A stretch of 64,000 nt of DNA from Candidatus Dormiibacterota bacterium (lineage in GTDB: Bacteria; Chloroflexota; Dormibacteria; Aeolococcales; Aeolococcaceae): the NCBI GenBank assembly GCA_963751755.1, contig CAVVVH010000001.1:35140-99139 (forward strand). The letters are read 5' to 3'. Positions 49,777-60,414 of the stretch are shown here, piece after piece (position 1 is the first letter of the stretch; every line of letters starts with the position of its first letter). A model generated the notes under the pieces. It worked only from the letters and a program-made list of their open reading frames with translations, was not told the origin of the DNA and made no database searches. The translations under genes and the position numbers were made by a program.

Positions 49777-49983
49777 CCGGTCGGCACGTGCCGGCGCTGA
49801 GGTCGTACGACCAACGTCGGTTGTGCCGGGTGCCCGGAGCCGCGCCGACAATCGCCCCGCCCCGGGTGCCCGCGACCGAGACGGCCGAAACGAGCAACGG
49901 CGCCACTGATCGGCATGGGCGGCCTCGGGCTCTCTCGACCCGCGGAGGGGCATCGCGTCCCTCCGCAGGTTTCGGGACCGGCC

Positions 49984-50356
49984 TCAGTGCCCGAGCCGGC
50001 TGTCGCGGATGTCGTCGTGGTCGAGCCCGAAGTAGTGCGCGACCTCGTGCAGCACCGTGTCGGTGACCTGGTCGACGAGCTCGCGACGGCGTCGAGCAGT
50101 ACCGCTCGATGTGCTCCTGCAGCAGCACGATCCGCTTGGGGTACGGCGAGCTCGAGAACGTGGAGTTGGTCGCACCTTCGTAGAACCCGAGGACGCGCTC
50201 GTCGATGTCGTGGTCGCGGTCGTCGGCGCTGGAGCGCGGCTGGATGGTGATCATCAGGTTGTCCGCCTCGAGGCGCTCGCGAAGCGGGGCCGGGATGGTG
50301 TCGAGCGCGGCGACGGCGATGCGCTCGAACTCCTCGGTCGACACGTGGTAGGTCAC
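49984..50356 (-). pseudogene. zincin-like metallopeptidase (DUF1025-type; one frame break)
   Basis: N-terminal part in ORF 49757-50356. HEVAHYFGLDHDDI (HExxH) in ORF 49984-50175. Confidence 0.65.
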
Positions 50357-50365
50357 GTGGCGAGC

Positions 50366-51408
50366 ATGCCATCCGCCCCGTTTGCGCTACAACGTCGGCT
50401 CCCATGCCTACGCGCTCGCCTCACCCTGGTGCTCCTGTTGGTGCTGACCGCGTGCGGCCCGCAGGCGACGCCTCGCCGAGCGCGACCGCCACCGCCTCGC
50501 CGACGGCAACGCCGACAGCCGGCGCCGCCGACACCGACGCCGATTCCCCCGCTGGCCGTCCCCGGCCATCATCCAGGTGGAGAACTCACCAGTTCGGGCC
50601 GGCCGCAGTCAGGCCTTGCCAGCGCCGACCTCGTGTACGAGTACGTCGCCGAGGGAGGCGTCGGGCGCTTCAGCGTCTTCTTCTTCACCCTGCCGGCGGC
50701 CGCCCAGGAGGTGGGCCCGGTGCGCAGCGCGCGGACGGTGACCATCAAGCTGGCCACCCTGTACCACGGCTTCGTCGCGTACTCGGGCGCGTCGACGTAC
50801 ATCGGCGGCCTCCTCGGTCGCGCGCCGTTCCCGTCCTTCAACGAGGACAGCGCGCGGGGCGACCTCTTCCGCATCTCGGCGCGAGCGCCGCCGCACAACC
50901 TGTACACCGACGGCCGGCACATCGCCGATCTCGGCGGCGCGCGCCCGGCAGGGATCGGTGGGCTACCAGCTGTGGTCGCGAACCGCCAGCCCCGTCGGGG
51001 GCGCGCCGGTGAGCAGCTTCGTGGCGCCGGTTTCTGTGTTCGAGCACCCGCGCTTCACGTGGGTGCCCAAGCTGAACGGCTTCACGCGAACCGAGGACAC
51101 CGGCCTGGTGCTCGACCCGGCGACCGGCGCGCCACTGATCCTGCCGACGGTGATCGTGCAGCAGGTGGCGGTCACCACCGACGTGCACGTGGTCGACGTC
51201 GACGGGCACCTCGGCGTCGACCACGCCATCGTCGGCAGCGGGACCGCGCAGGTGTTCACGGGCGGCCAGCGAGTTCCAGGCGACGTGGACGCAGGGCGCC
51301 TCAGGTCCGCCGCAGTACACCCTGAGCGACGGCTCGCCTGCGCCGATCGCGCCCGGCGAGGTGTGGATCTCACTGGTGCCGCTGGGCCAGCCGGCGTCCG
51401 CCAGCTAG
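50366..51408 (+). pseudogene. DUF3048-like secreted lipoprotein (frame disrupted)
   Basis: Signal + lipobox LLLVLTACG. ADLVYEYVAEGGVGRFSVFF, GPVRSAR and HLGVDHAIVGSGTAQVF. At least 2 frame changes are needed. Confidence 0.65.
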
Positions 51409-51437
51409 CGCCGGGCTGCCTCAGGCGGGGTCGAGGA

Positions 51438-51647
51438 TCAGCTGACGGTCGTGGCTTGCCGCGGCCAGGCCGGCGAGCAGCGCCGCGCAGGCCGCCGCGT
51501 GTCCGAGCCGATCTGCGTCGTGCACTCCAGCCACACCTGCGCGCTTCGCGCCACCGGCGCCATCGGCTCTCCGCAGTCGCAGAATGGCGCGGCGCGCTCA
51601 GCGCGCTCGATGAGGGCGAGGGCCTGGGTGTTGTCCATGAGCACCAT
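51438..51647 (-). CDS. small hypothetical protein (69 aa, CxC motif)
   Basis: GGAGGGA RBS. MVLMDNTQALALIERAERAAPFCDCGEPM... Divergent from the TetR gene across a palindromic operator. Confidence 0.45.
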   Translation of the reverse strand: MVLMDNTQALALIERAERAAPFCDCGEPMAPVARSAQVWLECTTQIGSDTRRPARRCSPAWPRQATTVS

Positions 51648-51680
51648 GGTCGCTTCCCTCCTGATTGTCGGGTTGTTATA

Positions 51681-51705
51681 AATACGGACCGTACCGTTCC
51701 GTATT
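51681..51705. promoter_or_regulatory. near-perfect 25-bp palindrome (candidate TetR operator)
   Basis: AATACGGACCGTACCGTTCCGTATT has outer 8-bp arms that are perfect inverted repeats. It sits in the most AT-rich patch of the window (TTATAAATA/TATTATA), 11 nt upstream of the TetR ATG. Confidence 0.6.
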
Positions 51706-51715
51706 ATAGGCGACC

Positions 51716-52354
51716 ATGGCTGATCATCGCCCTCGTGCCCGGTGCACGTCCCGCCGCCGGCGCGTCCGCGGCCGGCCACGAAGCGCGCGCGCCGACGAGG
51801 CGATCCTCACCGCCGCCCGCGAGCTGCTGGTGCCGGGGGGTTCGCGGCGATGCGCCTCGAGCACGTCGCCGCCCGCGCCGGCGTGGGCAAGGCCACCATC
51901 TACCGCCGCTGGGCGAGCAAGGAGCAGCTGGCGCAGCAGCTGCTGCTCGAGCTCGCCGTCGCCGCACATCGCCGTGGCCAACGCCGACACGCACGCGCGA
52001 GGAGCTGCTCGCCGCCGTGGTCAACCCGATGCGCGCCGTCACCCAGACGGACTTCGGCCCGGTGATCCGCGCGCTCCTCTCGCAGATCGCCAGCGACCCC
52101 TCTCTCGGTGACCCGTTCCGCGCCACGGTGGTGCAGCGCGCGTCGCGGCGGAGATCGCGCGGCTGGTCGAGCGTGGCATCGCGCGCGGCGACATCCGGCC
52201 CGACGCCGACATCGACCTGGCCACCGAGATGCTGGTCGGGCCGGTGTACTTCCGCCTCATGTTCGGCGGCGTCCTCGACGACGATTTCGCAGAGCGCGTC
52301 GTCGACAGCGTCTTGCAGGGATATCGCGCGTTGCGCCGGCCGATCGTCGTCTAG
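51716..52354 (+). pseudogene. TetR/AcrR-family regulator (frame disrupted)
   Basis: HTH VAARAGVGKATIYRRWASKEQL in ORF 51742-52065. The start is in ORF 51716-52111, and the C-terminal ...EMLVGPVYFRLMFGG... is in a third frame. Confidence 0.7.
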
Positions 52355-52959
52355 CCGTAATGGCGTGCGAAGGGCTCGAGCAGCTGCGACTCCTCGTACG
52401 CGAGGTGCGACAACAGCGCGTCGCTGAGCTCGTCGACCTCGGTGCGCAGCTCGGTGATCGTCGTGGTCCCGCGGACCAGCCCGACCAGCGCCTCGTCGAT
52501 GCGGTCGAGCATCTCGTGGATGAGCACGTGCTCGCGCTGGAGGCGGTCGAGGACCGGGGCGAGCGTGGGCTCGCGTCGCCGCAGGGTGGGGAACACCTCG
52601 CTGTCCTCACCGCCATGGTGGGCGGTGACGAGCCGGCAGTACGAGGCGCAGTAGGCGCCGAGCGACCAGTTGTTCTGGCGCATCGACATCTCGCCCAGCC
52701 CCAGCCGCGCTTCGTGCGCGTCGACCTCGCCCCGGGCGACCTGGTCGGCGAGGTCGCGGATGGTGTCGAGCTCGCGGCGGAGATGGTCGTGGATCATCTT
52801 CAGGCTGCGCGCCGCAGCACGCCCGCGCGTTGTGTAGTCGCGCGGCGATGCCGTCGGCGCGCGAACGGGGCGATCGGCGTCGTCCCAGGGCCGCGTCTGG
52901 GTCAGTCGAGGGCCAGCCGGCGTGGGGACGAGCTCAGGGATCTCCTCCAGGTCAGCCAT
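52351..52959 (-). CDS. hemerythrin-like domain protein
   Basis: Start MADLEE at 52959. HDHLRRELD...HHGGEDSEVFP...EHVLIHEMLD, the His/Glu pattern of hemerythrin cation-binding domains. Confidence 0.7.
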   Translation of the reverse strand: MADLEEIPELVPTPAGPRLTQTRPWDDADRPVRAPTASPRDYTTRGRAAARSLKMIHDHLRRELDTIRDLADQVARGEVDAHEARLGLGEMSMRQNNWSLGAYCASYCRLVTAHHGGEDSEVFPTLRRREPTLAPVLDRLQREHVLIHEMLDRIDEALVGLVRGTTTITELRTEVDELSDALLSHLAYEESQLLEPFARHYG

Positions 52960-53347
52960 CGACGGCGAGGTCGAGGCCGATCCCCAGCATCCACACGTCC
53001 TTGCTGAGCCCGATGCCCTGCGGGCTCGGCCACACACTGCCCGGCTTGCGCATCCCCGGGGTGCGTGCGTAGAGCCCCAGCAGCGCTGCGGAGAACCCCG
53101 TCAGCGCGACCCCGGCGAGGCGGTCGGGGATGAAGGGGGCGAGGAGGGCCGCCCCCAGCCCGATCTCGCCGGCGGCGAGAAGACGCAGGAAGGTCTTGGG
53201 CGGGATCCTTGTCAGGAACGGGTAGGCCCCGGCGGCGAAACCGTGCGTCCTGGTGGCGATCTCCTCGTTGCCGCGCCACTTGTCGTACCCCGAATGGGCG
53301 ATGAACGCGCCGGTCACAGCACGGGGCGGGAGGTGCGAGATCTTCAT
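52952..53347 (-). CDS. DoxX-family membrane protein
   Basis: 131 aa starting MKISHLP, with 3-4 TM helices and RLLAAGEIGLGAALL. Confidence 0.65.
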   Translation of the reverse strand: MKISHLPPRAVTGAFIAHSGYDKWRGNEEIATRTHGFAAGAYPFLTRIPPKTFLRLLAAGEIGLGAALLAPFIPDRLAGVALTGFSAALLGLYARTPGMRKPGSVWPSPQGIGLSKDVWMLGIGLDLAVDG

Positions 53348-53370
53348 GGGGGCCTCCGTGAATGCTTGGT

Positions 53371-54160
53371 TCAAAAACCGGGAAAGATGGCCCGGAGCTC
53401 GTCGAGGTCGACACCTCCGCTGTCCACCGGAGGTGTGTGGGCGGGATCGAGCCGCCCGTACACGAGCCGGTAGAAGGCCTCCGCGGTCATGCGCACTGTG
53501 GGCAGGCCGTCGTCGGCGTCGCTCGGCGCGAGCGTCACGGCGTCGCCCGCGTCGAGCACGAACTGGCGCGCGGGGTCGGTGGTGACGATGCGCACTCGCC
53601 ACGGGCGGCCGACGGGCTTGCCGGTGTACCCGGCGACAGGGGAGAAGGTGTCGACGAGCTGGTCGACGGCGTCGGCTGCGACGGTCGCCGCCTTGTCCAG
53701 TGTCACCGCGATGTCCCAGGTGTGGATGGCGTGTTCGGCGAGGCGCATCCGGCTGAAGCCGGCGAAGTCGGTGTCCCGGCCGAACAGGTGGACCTGGAAA
53801 CGGTCCTGCTGGCCGCCGTCCAGGGACTCGATGCGCTCCACCAGCGCACCGTCGGCGACCAGCGCGTCGGCCGACTGCCGCTGCGCGCTCTTGGCGTTCC
53901 ACGCGTCCCAGATCGACCGCGGACGCCGCCCGGTCCGGCGGGTCATCGCCACTGAGCCCCGCCTCGAGGATGAGGGTGAAGATCTCGGCGCCCGAACCGA
54001 GGTGCGACAGCACCTGCGCGATGGACCATTCCGATGCATACGAGGTCATGCCGAGCTGGTCGGCATCCAGCGGCTCGACGAGCCGGCGCAGCGCCTCATG
54101 TGAGCCACGGAGTGCGCCGATCACGGGCTCGGCGCGCGGGATGGAAGCGGTGTCTGTCAT
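53371..54160 (-). pseudogene. DinB/maleylpyruvate-isomerase-family (mycothiol-dependent type) protein (one frame break)
   Basis: N-terminal SEWSIAQVLSHLGSGAE (DinB-type His) in ORF 52952-54160. The C-terminal part is in ORF 53371-54039. The frames join near 53950. Confidence 0.6.
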
Positions 54161-54579
54161 GACTGGCCCTTCGTTGATCTGGCGGGTTGCGGTTCCTCGG
54201 GCGCGGGCGGCTGCTCATGGAACCAGTGAGCATCGGCCCAGCTGGCCAGTGCCTCGAGTTCCGGGCGCAGCGCCGCGCCCCGGTCGGTGAGCCGGTAGAC
54301 ACAGGCGACCGGCGGCCCGGGCAGGACCTCGCGGCTCACCAGGCCGGCGGCCTGCAGCTCGGCGAGGCGGCTCGACAGCATCGCCTCGCTGATGCCGGGG
54401 ATCGCCGAGGCCATCTCGGCGAAGCGCGCCGGGCGGTCGAGGAGGACGCCGATGATCACACCGGTCCAGCGCTTGCCGATGAGGCTGAAGACCCTGGTCA
54501 GCGCCCTGTCGCAATGGACGGGGTCGTGGCGCGCCGGCAGCCCACGGCGGCCATCGATTTCGTTGCTGCTCGCTTCCAC
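54157..54579 (-). CDS. HxlR-family winged-helix regulator
   Basis: CDRALTRVFSLIGKRWTGVIIGVLL..PARFAEM...ISEAMLSSRLAELQAAGLV..., the canonical HxlR pattern. The stop overlaps the downstream start. Confidence 0.85.
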   Translation of the reverse strand: MEASSNEIDGRRGLPARHDPVHCDRALTRVFSLIGKRWTGVIIGVLLDRPARFAEMASAIPGISEAMLSSRLAELQAAGLVSREVLPGPPVACVYRLTDRGAALRPELEALASWADAHWFHEQPPAPEEPQPARSTKGQS

Positions 54580-54632
54580 ATGGTCACTATAGAAAAAAGA
54601 GCCTGGGCGGCCGACGAATCAGCCATAGTTGG

Positions 54633-56954
54633 GTGCTGTCGCCGGCACGGCGAGCCCGAGCCCCGGGCCCGGGGCCATGGAGTTGGGATGACCCGGGCCG
54701 CGCCTATCGCGGATGCGGTCGCTGGGGCGGCCGATCGCCAACTGCCGATGCCCCGGCCAACCCACGTCGCGTCGCCCTGCATCGCTCGGTTCGCGCTGCG
54801 ATCGTCATCCCTGCGACGTTCGCGTTCAGCCTGCTGGTGATCCGTGACCTCCAGGTGGCCACGTTCGCAGTCTTCGGCTGCTTCGCGCTCCTGGTGATGG
54901 CCGACTTCGGCGGCCACCGCCCGCCGCGTGCCGTCGCCTACTTGGCAGCGAGCATGGCCGGCGCCGCACTGGTGGCGCTCGGGACCGCCGTCTCACCCGC
55001 GCCGTGGCTCGCCGCCGCCGTCATGCTCGTGGTCGGCTTCGTGCTCTCGTTCGGCGGCGTCTTCGGCGGGTACGTCGCCGCCGCGCAGACGGCGCTCCTT
55101 CTCGCCTTCGTCCTCTCCGCCTCCATCCCGGCCTCGGTGTCGGCGATCCCGCCACGGGTCGCCGGCTGGGCGCTCGCCGGCGGCGTCTCGACGCTGGCGG
55201 GCGTGTTCATCTGGCCTTGGTTCGAGCACGCAGCACTGCGCAGGAGAGCGGCCCAGGCGTGCCTCGCGGTGGCGGACCTGGTGGACTCGACCAGACACCC
55301 GGTGACCGAGGGGTCGAGCGCGTCGCCCGGCCCCGCCCGCGCCGCGGTGGCCGGCGTGAGGCGGGAGTACTCGCGCACCTCGATGCGGCCGGCGGGACCC
55401 ACGCGCCGCGCTCGCGCCTTCGTCGAGCTGGTCACCCAGCTCGAGCAGGTCATCGACCTGTCGGAGCAGCCCTTCCATCCCCGCCCGTACTCGTTCCGTC
55501 CCTGCACCGAGGAGGGTCGCCGGCTGGCGGCGGCGGTGATCGACGCCCTGCACGGCAGCGCGGCGGTGCTCACCGGCGGCGCGCCACCGGACATCCGCGC
55601 CGTCGACGACGCGCGCAGGGCCCACCGCTCCGCGCTCGACAGTTGGGCGGCGCGACAGCTGCGGGACGGACGGACCCCTGAGGAGGTGCTGGAGGGGATC
55701 GACGTCGACCACACCCTGCGTGTGATCGCCTACCTCACCATCGCGCTGAGCGCGAACGCGGTGATCGCCGCGGGTGGACGGCCCGACGACAGCTTTCCGC
55801 TGCCTGCCGCCATCCCGCGGCTCGAGGGCGCGCGTGGTGCGGCGCGCCGCGTGGCGCGCACCGTGCGCGCCCACCTCGAGCCGAGCTCCACCGTCCTGCA
55901 CGGCAGCATCCGCGTCGCGGTGGGACTTGGCGCTGTCGGTGCTGCTGGCCCGGACCATCGGCCTCGGCCACGCGTTCTGGGTGGTGCTGGGCACCCTCTC
56001 GGTGCTGCGTTCGAACGCGCTCGGCACCGGCCGCACCACGTCCAAGCGCTGGCGGGCAGCGTCGTCGGCTTCGTCGCCGGCGGTCTGCTCGCCAGCGTCG
56101 CGGGGACGAACACGATGCCCCTGTGGGTCGCGCTGCCCGCCGCGATCTTCCTGGCGTCATACGCGCAGAGCGCCATCGGTTTCATGGCCGGCCAGGCGGC
56201 GTTCACCCTGACGGTGATCATGATCTTCAACCTGATCTCGCCGGCCGGCTGGCAGGTCGGCCTGGTGCGCATCGAGGACGTCGCCGTGGGGACCGGCATC
56301 AGCGTGGCGGTCGGGGTGCTGCTCTGGCCCCGCGGGGCGCGCCGCGACGTCGCCCGGGCCACCGCCGCCTTCTACCGTGCGGTCGGTCGCGTACCTGGAG
56401 CAGGCCTTCGACCTCGTGCTCGGCGCGAGGGAGGCGGCCGACGTCACGCGGGCTCGGCGACAGGCGGTGGGCGCGCGGGATCGCGCCGGCGAGGCATTCG
56501 ACGTGTTCCTGAACGAGCGCGGTGCCCGCTTCTCTCGACCCGCAGGCCGCCGCCAGGCTGGTTGCCGCCGGCAGCCAGGCGTTGCTGGCCGGCGACCTGC
56601 TGGTGATGGTCGCCGCCGACCTCGGGTACCGCGCCGGCACGTGCCCGGACGGCGCAGCGGTGGTAGGCGGCGAGGTTCGCACGCTGCTGGCGGGCATGGA
56701 CACGCTCGCCGGCCGGCTCGCCGGTGACGGTGAACGGGGCCGGCTCCCCCGGCCCCACCGTCGGCGGAGGCCGTGCGTGCTGCCGCCGTCGGGTGCATGC
56801 GCAGTGCCGGCGGCGGACGAGCGCGCTTCGCGCGGAGCCATGGCGGTGGTCATCGCCGGCGGAGTGGGTGCAGAACCTGGCGCGGTTGAGGCCGACCTCG
56901 ACGCACCCGGTCAGCGCCGCCGTGCGCGCGTCGAGCACGAGCTGGTGGCGCTGA
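54633..56954 (+). pseudogene. FUSC-family (aromatic acid exporter-like) membrane protein (frame disrupted; start approximate)
   Basis: N-terminal TM bundle, cytoplasmic helical linker, second TM bundle (...GFMAGQAAFTLTVIMIF...VAVGTGISVAVGVLLWP). At least 4 frame changes are needed after about 55920. Confidence 0.65.
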
Positions 56955-56958
56955 TTCC

Positions 56959-57475
56959 TCAGCTGTTCTGCTCGACGTACCTCTGTGGGATCCTTGTCCT
57001 CGCGTCGTCGACGCCGCCGTGGTGCTCCGCCTCGAAGCCGGCGAACGCGACGGCGATGTCGTGGCGCAGCTGCCAGGGCGCGTGACGCCGGAAGTCGGTG
57101 AGGTCCTCGCGCTCCTCCTCGCCCATGTGGTCGCTGTTCGCCTCGTTGGCCTTGGCCACCGCTTTCCACCAGCCGTCGCTGCCGCGTGGTCTGCCCTGCG
57201 ACCTCGGTGATCGCGTCGCGGATCTCGTTGTGGTCCTTGATGACGTCCTCGACCTCGTCGACGACGTCATCCTTGCCCCCCGCCCCGGTGCCGATCTTCA
57301 GCAGGTGCGGGTAGAAGAGCTGTTCCTCGGCCTCGGCGTGCACCTCGAGGAGGATGCGCAGCCGGTTCCACACCGCCGCCAGCGCCTTCGTGTCCGCGCG
57401 GTCGATGTCGTCGAGGTAGGCGAACAGGCGGCGCTGCTCGGCATGGTCGTGAAGGATGAGCTCGGTGATGTCCAT
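56959..57475 (-). pseudogene. hemerythrin-like domain protein (one frame break)
   Basis: MDITELILHDHAEQRRLF...LLEVHAEAEEQLFYP...IKDHNEI in ORF 56444-58087. The C-terminus (...SDHMGEEE...) is in ORF 56959-57270. Confidence 0.7.
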
Positions 57476-57616
57476 GGCGCCTCGAAGAACCGGGATGGCT
57501 GGGCTGCGAGTGTATGGCGCGCGCACTGCGGCTCTCCAGTGGAACGCCGGTGCGGGCCGGTGGTACAAAGGCAGGGTGATGCAGAGCATCCCGCGGCCGG
57601 CGGCGCCCCCGCCGGC

Positions 57617-57952
57617 GTGAGCTTCGACCCCGACCTGGCCGAGCGCCTGCGCGCTGCCGTGGCTGCTGAGACAGGAGTGACAGAGAAGCGCATGTTCGGC
57701 GGCCTCGCCTTCCTGGTGAACGGGAACATGGCGGTCAGCGCCAGCGGGGAGGGCGGCCTGCTGCTGCAAGTCGACCCCGGCGCGAGCGCCCAGCTCGCCG
57801 GGCGTCCCCATGCCGAGGTGGCCGTGATGCGCGGCCGCGAGATGCCGGGATGGCTGCGGGTGAGCGCCGCCGGGGTGAGCACCAAGCGCGACCTCGAGCG
57901 ATGGGCGGCTGTCGGCGTCGCCTACGCCCGCTCGCTGCCACCCAAGGGCTGA
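57617..57952 (+). CDS. TfoX N-terminal-domain protein
   Basis: GTG 57617. ...EKRMFGGLAFLVNGNMAV..., the hallmark of the TfoX_N family. Confidence 0.65.
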   Translation: MSFDPDLAERLRAAVAAETGVTEKRMFGGLAFLVNGNMAVSASGEGGLLLQVDPGASAQLAGRPHAEVAVMRGREMPGWLRVSAAGVSTKRDLERWAAVGVAYARSLPPKG

Positions 57953-58073
57953 GGCCGGCGGGCGGGGCGCAGCCCCTGGGAACGCTCCAGCTCGCGGATC
58001 GCCTCGGAGCGCCGCGCCCTGGAAGGAGGGCATCAGCAAGAGATAGGTGTGACGCCCGCTCAGACCGGACCTG

Positions 58074-60332
58074 TTACGCGGCGGCATCGCCGGTGGCCCC
58101 GGGGCCCGTGTCCGCAGGTGCGGTGCGGGACAGCGACGACGGCCACCAGTTCCAGCGACCGAGGATGGCCACGAAGGACGGCACCAGGATGGTGCGCACC
58201 AGGAACGTGTCCATCAGGACGCCGGCCGCGATGCCGTAGCCGATCTGCTTGATCTGATCGCCGCCGGACGTGCTGCCGCCGGCCACCGCCAGGACCGCGA
58301 AGGTGCCGCCGAGGATCACACCCGCCGTCGTCACGGTCGTCCCCGTCGCGGCCACCGCATGGCGGATGGCCGTGAGCAGTGGCAGCCGTTGTGCCTCCTC
58401 GCGGATGCGGGTCATGACCAGGATGTTGTAGTCGGACCCCAGTGCCATGAGGAACACGAACATCAGGAAGGGCAGCACGAAGTTGATGCCACTCTGTCCC
58501 CCGAGGCGAACGAAGATGAGCGCCGTGATGCCGATGGCGGAGAGGTACGAGAGCACCACCGACGTCACCAGGTAGAGCGGCGCCACCAGGCTGCGCAGCA
58601 CGATCGCCAGCAGCAGCGCGATGAGCACCGCGACCAGCGGGAGGATGTGAGTGAGGTCGCTTGCCGACACGGCGTTGACGTCGTACGCGAACGGCAGGAT
58701 GCCGAACACGCCGGAATCGGTCGCGTGAACCTGCTGCGCGGCGCTGGCAACCGCGGCACGAACCGCGGGCACCGCCGCGATCGCCGCGGGGTCGCTGCTG
58801 TTGTTGTCGAGGAACAGCGCCTGCACCTGGACCGTGCGTCCGTCCCTGCTGACGAAGCGCGACAGCGCGCGCAGCAGCGCAGGCTGTTGGGTGCCGCCGG
58901 TGGCGCTGTTCAGCGCGGCCTCCAGGGCGGGTAGGCCGCCCGCGGCCTGGACGACCTCCACCGGCCCGGTGACCGTCGCGAACCGCCCGGTGGCACGGAG
59001 GTCGCTCTCCACCGCGACGAGGTCGGCCGCGTGGCTGAACACCGGCTGATCGAAGGTGAACAGCACCTCGTTGGTGTTGGTGCCTCCGCCGCCGTAGTGC
59101 GCGGTCAGCACCGCGGACCCGGCGGCGGAGTTGGTGCCCGAGGGGCTCGATTGGTCGGCGAAGCCGGCGGCCGGCGCACCGACCTGGCCGAGCGCGAGCC
59201 CGGCGAAGAAGAACAGACCGACAGCGGCGACGATCCGCGGCCGGCGCACCACCCCGCCGGCGATGCGTCCGTACAGTGTCGCCCGCGGCGCTGCCTCCGG
59301 GTGCGTTCGCGAGGGCCAGAACACCGCCCTGCCGAAGATTGCCAGCAAAGCGGGCAGCAGCGTGAGCCCGGCCAGCAGCATCAGCCCGATCCCGATGGCC
59401 AGCGCTGGGCCGAGGCTCTGGTAGAGGCCGAACTGCGCCACCACCAGGCTCATCAGCGCCGCCATCACCGTGAGCGCGGAGAAGGTGATCGATTCCCCGA
59501 CCGTGCGCACTGCGGTGCGCACAGCGTCCTTCGGCTCCGCGCCCTTGCGCAGCTCCTCGCGCATGCGGAAGACGAGGAAGAGCCCGTAGTCCGTTCCCGC
59601 ACCGAGAACGAGGACGATGAGGATGAACTGCGTGATGCTCGACGCCTGCACGCCGATTCGGGTCGCCCCGGCGATCACCGGGGAGGAGAGGAGGAGCACG
59701 AGGAGCGGCGGGAGCAGCGTCACGACTGGGGCGAGCAGCGCGCGGAAGGCCACCAGCAGCAGGACGATGATGAGCAGCAGCGACAGTGACTGGATGCTGT
59801 TGCGCGAGTTGCCCGACTGGCTCTGCGAGTTGATGACGGTCGGCAGGCTGCCGGTGAGGTGGAATTGCACGCCGGCGCCGGGTGGGAAGAGCCCCCTGAT
59901 GCTGGCCACGAGGTTCTTGGCGTCGGTGGACTGAGAGAACGGCGGCAGGTTCGTCTGCACCAGCGCCTGCTCCGCCTGGCGATCAGGGGAGAGCCCGAAA
60001 TCGCGGATCGCGGTGACGTGCGGCATGGCCCTGATGCGCGCCTCGAGGTCGCTGACCGCGGCGGTGTCGGCCGAGCTGAGCGGGCTCGCGCCCGTGCTGA
60101 CGGCGACCAGCGTCATCGTCGCCTGGTTGCTGTTCTGGAACGGTGTGGCCAGCTGCGTCGCATGCATCGACGCGGAGTTCGCCGGCAGGAAGCCGCTCGT
60201 GGTGTCCTTGGCAACCGACGAGAGTGAGGGGAACGCCCGAACCGAGAACACCGTGACCAGGATCCATCCGACCAGCAGGGGCCAGCGAAAGCGCACCGAG
60301 AACCGGCCGACGTCGCTGAACAGGCGCGTCAT
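58074..60332 (-). CDS. MMPL/RND-superfamily membrane transporter
   Basis: Intact 752 aa. Two TM bundles each follow a periplasmic domain. GTDYGLFLVFRMREE and GSDYNILVMTRIREE are duplicated MMPL motifs. Confidence 0.9.
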   Translation of the reverse strand: MTRLFSDVGRFSVRFRWPLLVGWILVTVFSVRAFPSLSSVAKDTTSGFLPANSASMHATQLATPFQNSNQATMTLVAVSTGASPLSSADTAAVSDLEARIRAMPHVTAIRDFGLSPDRQAEQALVQTNLPPFSQSTDAKNLVASIRGLFPPGAGVQFHLTGSLPTVINSQSQSGNSRNSIQSLSLLLIIVLLLVAFRALLAPVVTLLPPLLVLLLSSPVIAGATRIGVQASSITQFILIVLVLGAGTDYGLFLVFRMREELRKGAEPKDAVRTAVRTVGESITFSALTVMAALMSLVVAQFGLYQSLGPALAIGIGLMLLAGLTLLPALLAIFGRAVFWPSRTHPEAAPRATLYGRIAGGVVRRPRIVAAVGLFFFAGLALGQVGAPAAGFADQSSPSGTNSAAGSAVLTAHYGGGGTNTNEVLFTFDQPVFSHAADLVAVESDLRATGRFATVTGPVEVVQAAGGLPALEAALNSATGGTQQPALLRALSRFVSRDGRTVQVQALFLDNNSSDPAAIAAVPAVRAAVASAAQQVHATDSGVFGILPFAYDVNAVSASDLTHILPLVAVLIALLLAIVLRSLVAPLYLVTSVVLSYLSAIGITALIFVRLGGQSGINFVLPFLMFVFLMALGSDYNILVMTRIREEAQRLPLLTAIRHAVAATGTTVTTAGVILGGTFAVLAVAGGSTSGGDQIKQIGYGIAAGVLMDTFLVRTILVPSFVAILGRWNWWPSSLSRTAPADTGPGATGDAAA

Positions 60333-60414
60333 CGATCGTCCATGGTCAGCGAGGATCCTGCCACGATGCGGCGCTCAGCCGGCCGCCACGCGCCGCCGAA
60401 CAGAGACCGGAGCT

